From NCBI GenBank assembly GCA_023481165.1, contig JAMCWO010000191.1, positions 1,434 through 65,433 of the forward strand: a stretch of DNA of 64,000 nucleotides, written 5' to 3'. Position 1 is the first letter of the stretch. The number at the start of each line of letters is the position of its first letter. This stretch comes from Planctomycetota bacterium. GTDB lineage: Bacteria; Planctomycetota; Phycisphaerae; Sedimentisphaerales; Anaerobacaceae. Of the stretch, positions 25,370 to 34,699 are shown in pieces. A program made the position numbers and the translations under genes. A model generated the notes under the pieces. That model ran no database searches. It saw nothing but the letters and a program-made list of their open reading frames with translations, and had not been told where the DNA came from.

Positions 25370-27670
25370 ATGTGTGCACGAGTGATTTGCCTGATAGCCT
25401 TCGCGTGCGGATTTGTCTCTTGTGGCTGGGCCCAGGATTACCTGGCGGTAGCTACTTATGGCGAGCGGCTGCCGGGATCGACCGAACAGGTCGGTTTGTG
25501 GTGGGCCTCATCCGGGTGGAAGGTCGGGCAGGACCGGGCGCTGCCGCAGACGAAAGGGGACGCGATTCTCATTCGGGCGGCGCAAAATGAGGCCGAAGCG
25601 GCCCAATTGGTGGTGCGGCCGGCAGCGGCCCTGAAGGGACTTGTCCTGGAGGCGGGGGTCTTGACCGGACCAGCCGGTGCGACAATACCCGGGCAGAACA
25701 TCGGTGTTCTGGAAGTGCGGTACGTCCACGTCACGCGGGCGACGGATAAGAGCACTACGCCGGGATATTGGCCCGATCCCCTGCCGCCGTTGAAGAAGGC
25801 TATTGATCTGGCGGCGGGCAAGAATCAACCCTTCTGGGTTCGGGTGAAGGTGCCGCGCGGGACACAGGCCGGCGTATACCAGGGGACGATCAGACTGAGG
25901 GCAGAAGGTTTCAAGGCGGCGGTGCCGCTGAAGGTCGAGGTCTATGACTTCGAGTTGCCGGACCGCATGACGTGCACGACGGCGTTCGGCTTCAGTCCGG
26001 ACAACGTCTGGCGCTACCAGGGGATCTCCGATCCACGCCGCCGGCATGAGGTCCTGGAGAAGTACTGGGCCAACTACAGCGCCCATCATATCTCGCCGTA
26101 CGATCCCGCGCCGCTCGAGCGAATCGAGGTGACGTGGCCCGACATCAAGCCGCCCAAGCCCAAATGGCAAGGCGGCCGGCCGGTGACCAATGAAGTGCAT
26201 GGCGGCGCGCGCAGCCTCCTGCTGTTCGACGACCGCAAGGATGCGAATGTGGAGGCGGTGTACGAGCCGCTCGTGCCGATCCCGGAGGGCGACCTGCGTC
26301 TGCGGTTCTGGTACCGCACCGCCGTGCCGGGCCAGACCTTTCTGGTCACGCTGAACCACTATGATGGTTCGGGCCGGTGGATCTCCGGCGCCAACAACGA
26401 CATCGGTCTCGAAGGCAGCGGGCACTGGCAGGAATTCGACCGCGTGCTCCGGAAGTTCCCCGCCGGGGCCAAGTCTGTGCAGCTTCACCTGCGGGCGGCG
26501 AACTGGAGCGAAAGCGGCGAGGCTACCGGATTGGTTTGGTTCGATGATATTTCACTGACGAACGCCGCGACCGGGCAGGAGTTGATTGAAGGCGGCACGT
26601 TCGAGCCGCCCGAGCTGCCGCCGGTCGAGCGGGACAAGCTCCAGGTGAAGCTCGATTTCACCGCCTGGGACAAGGCGATGGAACAAGGCATCGACTACTA
26701 TCATTTCAACTCCTTCCGCCTGGGAATTCTGGGCATGGGCGGCGGGACCTTCCATGCCCGCCAAGACCCGCAGTTGCTCGGCTTCGGAGAGGACACACCC
26801 TGCTACAAAGTGCTCTTCAACAGCTACTGCTCGCAACTGCAGGAGCACCTGCGGCAGAAGGGCTGGCTCGATGAGGCTTTCGTCTACTGGTTCGACGAGC
26901 CGGACCCGAAGGATTATCCCTTCGTCAGCAACGGCTTCGCCAAGCTCAAGGCGGCGGCGCCCGACATCCACCGCATGTTGACGGAGCAGGTCGAGCCGGG
27001 ACTGATCGGCGGCCCGAACATCTGGTGCCCCGTCTCCAATCAGTACCAGCCCGGGGCCGCCGAGGAGCGGCGCCAACAGGGCGAGAAGTTCTGGTGGTAC
27101 GTCTGCACGGGACCCAAGGCCCCCTACTGCACGCTGTTCATCGACCATCCGGGGACCGAGCTGCGCGTCTGGCTCTGGCAGACCTGGCAACGGAAGATCG
27201 CCGGCATCCTGGTCTGGGAGACGAACTACTGGACCAGCGGGGCGGCGTATCCCGACCGCGACCACCCGCAGAATCCCTACGAAGATCCGATGGGCTGGAC
27301 ATCGGGCTACAGCACGCCCGAGGGCCAGAAGCGGCCCTGGGGCAACGGCGATGGCCGGTTCGTCTATCCGCCGGTCGAGGCGGCCGATGGACGTCCAACT
27401 CAGCCGATTGTCGAAGGACCGGTGGACAGCATCCGCTGGGAGATGCTCCGGGATGGGATCGAAGATTACGAGTACTTCGTAATCCTGAAGAACCTGATTT
27501 CCGCCAAAGGCGACCGGCTCAGCGCCATCCATAAGGCCGAGTACACCGCCCTGCTCGACGTACCGGCGGAGGTCACGAAGGATATGACGACCTTCACCAA
27601 GGACCCGGCGGCGATCGAGCAGCATCGTGACCGCGTGGCCCGCGCGATCAGTGCGCTCCGCCAGCAGTAG
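25370..27670 (+). CDS. DUF4091 domain protein (putative glycoside-hydrolase-like), secreted/lipoprotein
   Basis: N-terminal signal with Cys. The C-terminal WWYVCTGP ... IRWEMLRDGIEDYEYF block is typical of DUF4091 proteins (assigned from memory). Confidence 0.7.
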   Translation: MCARVICLIAFACGFVSCGWAQDYLAVATYGERLPGSTEQVGLWWASSGWKVGQDRALPQTKGDAILIRAAQNEAEAAQLVVRPAAALKGLVLEAGVLTGPAGATIPGQNIGVLEVRYVHVTRATDKSTTPGYWPDPLPPLKKAIDLAAGKNQPFWVRVKVPRGTQAGVYQGTIRLRAEGFKAAVPLKVEVYDFELPDRMTCTTAFGFSPDNVWRYQGISDPRRRHEVLEKYWANYSAHHISPYDPAPLERIEVTWPDIKPPKPKWQGGRPVTNEVHGGARSLLLFDDRKDANVEAVYEPLVPIPEGDLRLRFWYRTAVPGQTFLVTLNHYDGSGRWISGANNDIGLEGSGHWQEFDRVLRKFPAGAKSVQLHLRAANWSESGEATGLVWFDDISLTNAATGQELIEGGTFEPPELPPVERDKLQVKLDFTAWDKAMEQGIDYYHFNSFRLGILGMGGGTFHARQDPQLLGFGEDTPCYKVLFNSYCSQLQEHLRQKGWLDEAFVYWFDEPDPKDYPFVSNGFAKLKAAAPDIHRMLTEQVEPGLIGGPNIWCPVSNQYQPGAAEERRQQGEKFWWYVCTGPKAPYCTLFIDHPGTELRVWLWQTWQRKIAGILVWETNYWTSGAAYPDRDHPQNPYEDPMGWTSGYSTPEGQKRPWGNGDGRFVYPPVEAADGRPTQPIVEGPVDSIRWEMLRDGIEDYEYFVILKNLISAKGDRLSAIHKAEYTALLDVPAEVTKDMTTFTKDPAAIEQHRDRVARAISALRQQ

Positions 27671-27726
27671 CATGGGCGTCCCGCCCATGCTACGAGTGAA
27701 CACCTGACGGCGTCACTACGAACACG

Positions 27727-29085
27727 TCACTTCGACGGAGGCGTCCAGTCCTGGGTGCGCGTGCCGTTGTAGGTGGTCAGCGTGTACTGGAACTTGCGCT
27801 CGGAGCGCGGTTGTAGGAGCAGGGTAAACTTGACCGTGTCCTGATCCACCCTCTCGAATTCCTCGATCTCGCCGGAGCGTCGGAGCGTCCAGTAGGTCGT
27901 CGGGAAGTTGCGCAGGATCTCCACCTTGACCGGAATATCGCGGGTGTTCTTGACCGTGATCTCGAAGGTCCGGATCTCGTCCCAGCCGGCGATGTTGCGA
28001 TTACGGTCGAAACGATAGTTGTCCGTCCGCACCTCCATCAACATCGGCTCGACCACAATGTCCGAGACTGCACCCAAGTTCAGCTCCACGTCCTCGTCCA
28101 CGGGAATGTACTTGAACGCCGACTGGCCGGCGTAGGACAGGTGCGCCTCAGCATCCGCGGCGCGGTAGACCTTGAGCACACCGCCCGGGATCGGGGTCCG
28201 GCCGAGCTTGTGCTCCTTGTCATTTTTGAAGCTCAGGAACCGCATGACGTTGGAGCGATAGCGCTCTTGTTCGTACTTGTACAGATTGGCCACCGGAATC
28301 TCGTCGATGTCGAAGCTCACGAGCCGTTTCGACCAGCCGTTGGGGATCGTCTCGGTCCCCTCGATCGTGTACAGGAAGTACTCGCTGAGACCCTCCTTCA
28401 CGATCTGCTTTGGTGCGGCGGGCGCCGCCACGGTAGGTGCGTCCTCCCTGGGCCAATTCCACCGCTCCATCTCCCTTTTGCCGGCTATGCCAGCCTTCCG
28501 CGAGGAGAGAGGCACCGCTTGACCCGGCCGACCGTAGGGATACTCGCGTCGGGCCAAGTCCGCGATCTGATCAAGAATGTGGACCTTACCGACGATCAGG
28601 CGGACCTGGGCGTTCTCGTAGTCCTCGCCGCTGTTGTTCGTCACGCGGACGTATGCCTGCAAGCGCATCATCTTCTCATCCGGCGCGAGCGTCCCCATGT
28701 AGAACGCCCGCCAGGTGAGACCGCTGGTGAGGTACGAGATCTCGACGGGGGTCTTGCCGCTGGCGGCGCTGCGAACGTTCCACAGACCCAGGTTCTTCAC
28801 CCGCGGCGGATAGACCAACTCGGCGATGTCAATCGTACCGGCGGCGCCCTTGGGCACCATTTCCAGACTGGTCGGGTCGATCAGCGTGTTTTCCCAGGAG
28901 AATTGCAGGGCGTTCTCGCCTTGCTTGACGGTCAACGCCCGGCTCTCCCGCACGAGGGTCATGTCGGCGGAGTTGTAGATCGTAAGCTGCACCGTGTCCC
29001 GCGGCGGCAAAGTGACCAGATCGACCTTGGCCTTGGCCCCCGGAGCGAGGAACGCGACCATAGACAAAAGGCAGAACCGTTTCAT
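27727..29085 (-). CDS. secreted DUF4139-like protein, paralogue 4
   Basis: The ATG at 29085 follows GGGAG. Signal peptide MKRFCLLSMVAFLAPGAKA. Long identical blocks are shared with 29253-30602 and with the C-domain of 32035-34095. Confidence 0.8.
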   Translation of the reverse strand: MKRFCLLSMVAFLAPGAKAKVDLVTLPPRDTVQLTIYNSADMTLVRESRALTVKQGENALQFSWENTLIDPTSLEMVPKGAAGTIDIAELVYPPRVKNLGLWNVRSAASGKTPVEISYLTSGLTWRAFYMGTLAPDEKMMRLQAYVRVTNNSGEDYENAQVRLIVGKVHILDQIADLARREYPYGRPGQAVPLSSRKAGIAGKREMERWNWPREDAPTVAAPAAPKQIVKEGLSEYFLYTIEGTETIPNGWSKRLVSFDIDEIPVANLYKYEQERYRSNVMRFLSFKNDKEHKLGRTPIPGGVLKVYRAADAEAHLSYAGQSAFKYIPVDEDVELNLGAVSDIVVEPMLMEVRTDNYRFDRNRNIAGWDEIRTFEITVKNTRDIPVKVEILRNFPTTYWTLRRSGEIEEFERVDQDTVKFTLLLQPRSERKFQYTLTTYNGTRTQDWTPPSK

Positions 29086-29119
29086 GTGCACTCCCATAAA
29101 AGAGACCTCCGTCGCCCCC

Positions 29120-29220
29120 TGTCATCCTGAACGGAGCGAAGCGCAGTGAAGGATCTGGGCCGCGGACCTGTGACACCTTCCATTCGCCGGCCAGATCCTT
29201 CGCTGCCGCTCAGGATGACA
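29120..29220. mobile_element. MITE-like palindromic element, family TGTCATCCTGA...TCAGGATGACA (copy A)
   Basis: 101 nt with terminal inverted repeats TGTCATCCTGAACG / CGCTCAGGATGACA and inner repeats GAAGGATCTGGGC / GCCAGATCCTTC. It lies between two paralogous genes. Confidence 0.65.
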
Positions 29221-29252
29221 AGACTGTGCACGGGGGTTTCTCCAAATCAACG

Positions 29253-30602
29253 TCATCGGGACTTCTTGCTCGGTTCCTGGGCCCGCACCCCGTGGTAGGT
29301 CGTCAGGGTATAGCCGAACACCTGCTTCGAGTGCGGCGACAATTCGACGGTGAACTTGACCGTGTCCAGATCGACCTTCTCGAAGCTGCCGACCTCATCG
29401 CTTCTCTTGAGGTCCCAGTTCGGGCCGGCGAAGTTGCGGGTGATCTCGACCTTGGCCGGCACCTCCCGCGTGTTGCGCACCTGGACGCTGAACACCTGAA
29501 TCTCATCCCAGCCGGAGATATTGCGGTTGTTGTCGAACCGGTAGTTGTCCGTCCGGGTCTCGATCAGGTTCGGCTCGACCACGACGTCGGCCACCGCCCC
29601 GAGATCAAGCTCCACAGCCTCATTGACCGGGATGTATTTGAACGAGGACCGGCCTTCATAAGAGAGATGCTTCTGTTCATCGGCGGACCGGTAGACGGTG
29701 AGGATGCCGTCGGGAATCGGCGTCTGGCCGAGCTTGTGGGCCTCGTCGTTCTTGAGGCTCAGGAAGCGCGTGACGCTCGAACCGTACCGCTCTTCTTCGA
29801 ACTTGTAGAGGTTGATCACCGGTACGCCGTCGATATCGAAGCTCAGCAGCCGCTTTGACCAGCCGTTGGGAATGGTCTCCGTGCCTTCGATCGTGTAGAG
29901 GAAGTATTCGCTCAGACCCTCCTTGACGATCTCCTTGGGCTTGGCGATGGCACTCTCAGCGAGGGCGCGAACCCTGCCAAGGGCCTTCTGCCGCTCCTCG
30001 ACCATGGGCGCCGGCAGCGCGAGCGGCCTGACCTCGCCCGGTCGGCCATAGGGATACTGCCGTTGGGCCAACTCCGCGATCTGGTCGAGAATATGGACCT
30101 TGCCGACGATGAGCCGAACCTGGGCGTTCTCGTAGTCCTCGCCGCTGTTGTTCGTCACGCGGACGTAGGCTTGGAGCCGCATCGTCTTCTCATCCTGCGT
30201 CAGGGTCCCCATGTAGAAGGCCCGCCAGGTGAGGCCGCTGGTCAGGTACGTGATCTCGACGGGGACCTTGCCGCTGACCTTGCTTTGGACGTTCCAAAGG
30301 CCAAGGTTCTTCACTCGCGGCGGATACACCAACTCGGAGATGTCGATCTGATCGGCGTTGGCCTTCGGCAGCATTTCCAAGCTCGTCGGGTCGATCAGGG
30401 TATTCTCCCAGGAGAACTGGAGGGCATTGGCCCCGGTCTTGAGCGTCAGGGCCCGGCTCTCGCGGGCGAGGGTCATATCGGCGGAATTGTAGATCGTAAG
30501 CTGAACCGTGTCGCGCGACGGCAAGGTGGTCAGGTCCACCTTCGCCTGCGCGACACCGGCAACTACCGTAAGCACTCCCAAGGATGAGATCAAACGCTTC
30601 AT
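29253..30602 (-). CDS. secreted DUF4139-like protein, paralogue 3
   Basis: The ATG at 30602 follows GGGAG. Signal peptide MKRLISSLGVLTVVAGVAQA. It is very similar to paralogue 4 except for a central segment. Confidence 0.8.
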   Translation of the reverse strand: MKRLISSLGVLTVVAGVAQAKVDLTTLPSRDTVQLTIYNSADMTLARESRALTLKTGANALQFSWENTLIDPTSLEMLPKANADQIDISELVYPPRVKNLGLWNVQSKVSGKVPVEITYLTSGLTWRAFYMGTLTQDEKTMRLQAYVRVTNNSGEDYENAQVRLIVGKVHILDQIAELAQRQYPYGRPGEVRPLALPAPMVEERQKALGRVRALAESAIAKPKEIVKEGLSEYFLYTIEGTETIPNGWSKRLLSFDIDGVPVINLYKFEEERYGSSVTRFLSLKNDEAHKLGQTPIPDGILTVYRSADEQKHLSYEGRSSFKYIPVNEAVELDLGAVADVVVEPNLIETRTDNYRFDNNRNISGWDEIQVFSVQVRNTREVPAKVEITRNFAGPNWDLKRSDEVGSFEKVDLDTVKFTVELSPHSKQVFGYTLTTYHGVRAQEPSKKSR

Positions 30603-30640
30603 TGGATAGCTCCCGTATTCGTTGATGACTCCGAAGGTCT

Positions 30641-30707
30641 TGTCACCCCCGCGAAGGCGGGGGTCCATCCGATAGATCTGGGGATTCCCGCCTTCGCGGG
30701 AATGACA
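30641..30707. repeat. double-hairpin element TGTCACCCCCGC...GCGGGAATGACA (copy 1)
   Basis: It contains CCCCCGCgaagGCGGGGG and TCCCGCcttcGCGGGA hairpins flanked by TGTCA/TGACA. It is related to the copy at 55138-55233. Confidence 0.65.
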
Positions 30708-30749
30708 CGGGGGCGGTGTTCAACCACCCCTTCATCGGCTCAGGGCCCC

Positions 30750-31895
30750 TTACGGCCGGACGTTGCGGCGGTGGTAGTGCATCGTCAATTCCTTCACCGC
30801 CGGGCCCTTTTCGGTCCGGGCAGGAAGCTCGATCTCGAATTTGAGCGTGCCGGCGTCCTTCTTCGTGTACTTCATGTTGCACTCTTCCATGTCCCACTGG
30901 CCGGGGATGTGCTGAATCATCGTCAACACGGCGGGGCTGTCCTTGAAGTTCTCGATCTTGGCCGTGATGACCTCGTCCGTGTCGTAGAGCACAACCTGCT
31001 CGGAATTGTTCCGGCGGATGCTGATCTGGGCCTCGCGCATCTTGCGTTGCGTGACCACGATGTCGCGGCTATCGCCGATGTACAGCTCCATCTTCTCGCC
31101 GACAGGCACCAGGGCCGCGTTGTCCTCGCCCAGGAAGATCGTGCCACCGTGGCCGTCCTGCTGGAAGATACGGGCCTTGCCGCCCCAGAGGGCGAAGCCG
31201 CCCAGGCCGCCGGCCTTGTTGTTGGTGATCTCGTAGCTGACGGGGATGCCGACATTCTGGTTTTCGAGCTTCGTCGGGTCCCAGGGCAACGTCGCGGCGT
31301 CGAACTTCCAGACCTTACGAATCGGGGCGTTCGGGTCGTTCAGGAACAGCATCTGCTTGGTCTCCTCGTGGCTGATGCCCTGCTCGAAGGCTTCGCCGTA
31401 ATCGAGGAGGATACGGGCCTTCGCAAAGTCCTCGCCGGAGAAGTTGCGCAGGACCAGGTAGCTCTTGAGGTCCACCAGCGTCTCGGGCTTATTGGCGACG
31501 GCCTTGTAGGTGATCAACCGGTCGATGTTGCTCAGGAGGTAACTGATGCGAACCGTCTCGGCGAAGTCGCCGCCGCTGCTGATCTCCCAGACCAGCGCTG
31601 ACTCGCCCGGCGGGTAGCTGACGCTCAACAGCGTTACATCCGCCGGATGTTCGAGCATCTGCAGGCGAATGGAATCCTCGTCGATCTGCACGCCCTTCCA
31701 CGAGAAGTCCACCTTGTTGAGACCCTTCTGCAGCGTCAGGACGCGCTCCTCCTCGATCAAAGTCGCGCTGGGATTATCCAGCCGGATCACCGTCGCCGCC
31801 CGCTCCGGCAGCGCCACGAGCTTGATGCGGGCCTGCGTCGTCGTGGCACACAGCAGAGTCAAGAAAGCAACCACCATAGCACGTTTTGCGTTCAT
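30750..31895 (-). CDS. secreted DUF4139-like protein, divergent paralogue 2
   Basis: The ATG at 31895 follows GGGAGA. Signal peptide MNAKRAMVVAFLTLLCATTTQA. It is collinear with the other paralogues but weakly similar (RIKLVALPERAATVIRLDNPSATLIEEERVLTLQKGLNKVDFSW; LRNFSGEDFAKARI). Confidence 0.7.
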   Translation of the reverse strand: MNAKRAMVVAFLTLLCATTTQARIKLVALPERAATVIRLDNPSATLIEEERVLTLQKGLNKVDFSWKGVQIDEDSIRLQMLEHPADVTLLSVSYPPGESALVWEISSGGDFAETVRISYLLSNIDRLITYKAVANKPETLVDLKSYLVLRNFSGEDFAKARILLDYGEAFEQGISHEETKQMLFLNDPNAPIRKVWKFDAATLPWDPTKLENQNVGIPVSYEITNNKAGGLGGFALWGGKARIFQQDGHGGTIFLGEDNAALVPVGEKMELYIGDSRDIVVTQRKMREAQISIRRNNSEQVVLYDTDEVITAKIENFKDSPAVLTMIQHIPGQWDMEECNMKYTKKDAGTLKFEIELPARTEKGPAVKELTMHYHRRNVRP

Positions 31896-31945
31896 ACGTA
31901 CATCTCCCAAAAACCAGTTCCCTGCCCTCAAATCGATCTATCGGC

Positions 31946-32023
31946 GGGTGCCATGCTTACGCTTGCGTAAGCATGTCTTCCCTATCGGATGAGCATGTCT
32001 ACGCAAGCGTAGACATGGCACCC
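31946..32023. repeat. 78-nt composite palindrome with two internal hairpins
   Basis: The hairpins are CATGCTTACGCttGCGTAAGCATG (31952-31975) and CATGTCTACGCaaGCGTAGACATG (31994-32017). They are nested in the outer inverted repeat GGGTGCCATG / CATGGCACCC. Confidence 0.7.
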
Positions 32024-32034
32024 AGTTCCAATGT

Positions 32035-34095
32035 TCATCTGCCAGGCGCCGCTTGCCGGCGAGCGCCGTGGTACATCGCCACCGTATACTCGAAGACCCG
32101 CTTGCTCTGCGGCTCAATCGTCAGTTTGAACCGAGCGTGGGTCGCGTCATACTTCTCGTAAGACACTTCCTTATCCGTCGACTTGAGCGTCCAATAGGGC
32201 GTCTCGAAGCCGCGGGTCACTTCTATGTCCACCGGCAGCGGACGAGTATTGGCGATTTCGATTTTCCAGGTCCGCACCTCGTCCCAGCCGGAGACATTGC
32301 CGTTGTTGTCGAACGTATGATTCTCCACCTGGTAGTCGATCAGGATGGGCTTGACTTCGACCAGCCGTGCCGGCCCGAGGTTCAGCTCGACCTCCTCGTT
32401 GACGGGAATGTACTTCACATTCATCGCCCCGACGTACAACAGATGGCCTTGCTCACCGGCTCGACCGTAGATGCGGACGGCGCCGTCCGGAATCGGCGTC
32501 TGGCCAAGCTTGTGCTTTTCGTCATTCGCGAAGGACAGGAACCGGATCGTCGCCGTGGCCCAGCGCTCTTCGTCGTATTTGTACAAGCTCGCCACCGGGA
32601 CGTCGTCAGCCTCGAAGGAAAGAAGCCTTTTGCCCCACTTATCGGGGATCGTCTCCGTCCCTTCAATCGTGTACAGGAAGTACTCACTGAGTCCCTCTTT
32701 GTGGATCACCCTAGGGGCCGCCTCGTAGACTCCGGCCCTTACACCATTCCTGATCGGCGAGCTACTATCCTTATCACGATCCACTCCCTCGAAACCCGTC
32801 GCGATGCTCTTGCCGATTGGCGACGGACTGTCGTAAGGATACTGACGCCTGGCCAGATCGGAGATCTGATCGAGGAGATGCACGCGACCAACTATAAGGC
32901 GGGTCTGCGCATCTTCGTAGTCCTCGCCGCTGCTGTTGCTGACTCGCACGTAGCCTGCCAAGTGCATGGTCCTCTCATCCGGCGAGAGCGTGCCCATGTA
33001 GAAGGCCCGCCAGGCCAAGCCACTGGTGAAGTAAGTCAATTCGAAAGGCACTTGGCCGTCGACCTCCGAACGAATGAGCCAACGGCCAAGTTCCCGTAGC
33101 CTCGGCGGAAAGACCAATTGCTGGACTTGCACGCCGTCTTCGTGTTCCAATGGCTCCAAAGCCAGCGAGGTCGGATCGATCAGCGTATTGGCCCACATGA
33201 ACTGGAGCCAGTTCCAGCCCCGCTTCAAGGTCAAGTTGCGCCGTTCGCGGACCAGCGTCAGATCGGCCCCGTTGTAGATCGTCAGTTGGACGTTCTCCCG
33301 GCGCGGCAGCACAACCAACTCGATGGCGCTGGCCGGAGCAAAGGGCGGCTGCTCGGCAACCTGTGCCGTCCGGGTGGCGTCCGGCACGTTTGTAGTGACG
33401 CCGTCGGGCGTTTGCGGATATGCCCTTACGGGCACACTACGAACCGGGCCTTCGGCCTTGATACTGGCGCCCGGCGCGGACGTGGGTTCCGGTGGGGCAA
33501 GCCGGGACCCCCAACGCGATTCATCGCGTTGGGGAGCCCGATCCACCCTACCGGCTGCCCCGGGTGTCGTGCCAGGCTGGGCGTCGGCCAGCGACGTCCT
33601 GAGCGACGAAGGTTTCGATGGCACCGTGGCCTCGGCTTGCCCTGCCTCCTGTGCCACGAGCGGCGCGGGCTGGTCTTTCCTGAAGGCGAACTCCTGATCC
33701 GCAGAGGCAGCAGGAGCGGCGTTCTGGGCCGATGGGCCAGGCGCTATTGTCGGCGCGATTCGATTGTCCTGGGGAAAATTGGAGACCAGCAACAGAGCTA
33801 CACCCACTATGACCGCCGCCGCAACTGCCCCCGCCGCAGGCAACCGGTACAGCCAGATTACCCTGGCGGGACGGGCTTGGGCGGCGTTCTCGACGGTCTT
33901 GGATAGAAGGTCTTTAGAGACTTCGATCTCCCCACGCAGCAAATCCAGCGTAGCGAACTTCCGCGCCAGCGTTTGCAGCTTCCGCCGACATTCCTCACAT
34001 TCATCCAGGTGGGCCTGGGCCGCGTTCCTAGCGGCCGCGTCGGCCAGCTTGAACTGGGAGTCGATCAACTGTTGTTCTGTCAGATGCTGGTTCAT
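32035..34095 (-). CDS. anti-sigma factor (zf-HC2) joined through a TM helix and a Pro/Ala linker to a DUF4139-like extracytoplasmic domain (paralogue 1)
   Basis: AHLDECEECRRKL (H-x3-C-x2-C) at aa 29-36. The TM helix is at aa 80-104 and a low-complexity linker runs to about aa 255. The following 430 aa domain is collinear with paralogues 2-4. The start overlaps the sigma stop (ATGA). Confidence 0.8.
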   Translation of the reverse strand: MNQHLTEQQLIDSQFKLADAAARNAAQAHLDECEECRRKLQTLARKFATLDLLRGEIEVSKDLLSKTVENAAQARPARVIWLYRLPAAGAVAAAVIVGVALLLVSNFPQDNRIAPTIAPGPSAQNAAPAASADQEFAFRKDQPAPLVAQEAGQAEATVPSKPSSLRTSLADAQPGTTPGAAGRVDRAPQRDESRWGSRLAPPEPTSAPGASIKAEGPVRSVPVRAYPQTPDGVTTNVPDATRTAQVAEQPPFAPASAIELVVLPRRENVQLTIYNGADLTLVRERRNLTLKRGWNWLQFMWANTLIDPTSLALEPLEHEDGVQVQQLVFPPRLRELGRWLIRSEVDGQVPFELTYFTSGLAWRAFYMGTLSPDERTMHLAGYVRVSNSSGEDYEDAQTRLIVGRVHLLDQISDLARRQYPYDSPSPIGKSIATGFEGVDRDKDSSSPIRNGVRAGVYEAAPRVIHKEGLSEYFLYTIEGTETIPDKWGKRLLSFEADDVPVASLYKYDEERWATATIRFLSFANDEKHKLGQTPIPDGAVRIYGRAGEQGHLLYVGAMNVKYIPVNEEVELNLGPARLVEVKPILIDYQVENHTFDNNGNVSGWDEVRTWKIEIANTRPLPVDIEVTRGFETPYWTLKSTDKEVSYEKYDATHARFKLTIEPQSKRVFEYTVAMYHGARRQAAPGR
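33509..33534. repeat. CCCCAACGC...GCGTTGGGG hairpin element (copy 1), inside the anti-sigma linker coding region
   Basis: CCCCAACGCGATtcATCGCGTTGGGG with GGGA/AGCCC flanks. It is translated as ..PQRDESRWGS.. Confidence 0.7.
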
Positions 34096-34676
34096 GGCGT
34101 CACGTCAACGGAATCCGGCAGTTTCCGGGCCAGTTTCGCCAAGGCCCGGGACATCTGGGTCTTCACAGAACCAACGGAGCAGCCCAGAGCCTCGGCGACT
34201 TCCGGGTAACTCAGTTGCTGGTAATAGGCGAGGACCAGAGCGGCCCGTTGCCCAAGCGGGAGTGATTCAATCGCCCGCCGGACCTGCTCCTTCTGCTCCT
34301 CTTTGACCGCCTCCTCCACCGGGTCCGGGGCATCTTGTGCGACGGCTGTCTCCAACAACGGAGGATCGTCCTCGCAGTCGGTGTCACGGTTCAGGGAGAG
34401 AAACGCAAGGCGTTTGCGCCGGCGGACGGTGTCGATAGTTACGCGCGTGGCGATGGTGAACAGCCAGCTTTTGAAGCTGCCGCCCCGGTAGCTGCGGGCC
34501 TTCTCGTGGACCCGTTGGAAGGTCTCCTGGAAAAGGTCTTCGGCCTGGTCTCGACTGCCCGTCATGCGGCACAAATACCCCAGCACGCCGTCCCCGTACC
34601 GGCGGACCAGCTCGCGAAACGCCGCCGGATCACCCCGCAGGTGAGCGGCGACTAAGCTCTCATCCAGACCTTCCAT
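34092..34676 (-). CDS. ECF (RpoE-like) sigma-70 family sigma factor
   Basis: Region 2 is AEDLFQETFQRVHEKARSYRGGSFKSWLFTIATRVTIDTVRRRKR. The region 4 HTH is LSYPEVAEALGCSVGSVKTQMSRAL. Confidence 0.9.
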   Translation of the reverse strand: MEGLDESLVAAHLRGDPAAFRELVRRYGDGVLGYLCRMTGSRDQAEDLFQETFQRVHEKARSYRGGSFKSWLFTIATRVTIDTVRRRKRLAFLSLNRDTDCEDDPPLLETAVAQDAPDPVEEAVKEEQKEQVRRAIESLPLGQRAALVLAYYQQLSYPEVAEALGCSVGSVKTQMSRALAKLARKLPDSVDVTP

Positions 34677-34699
34677 CGAGGCTACGACTCCAAAGGGCC

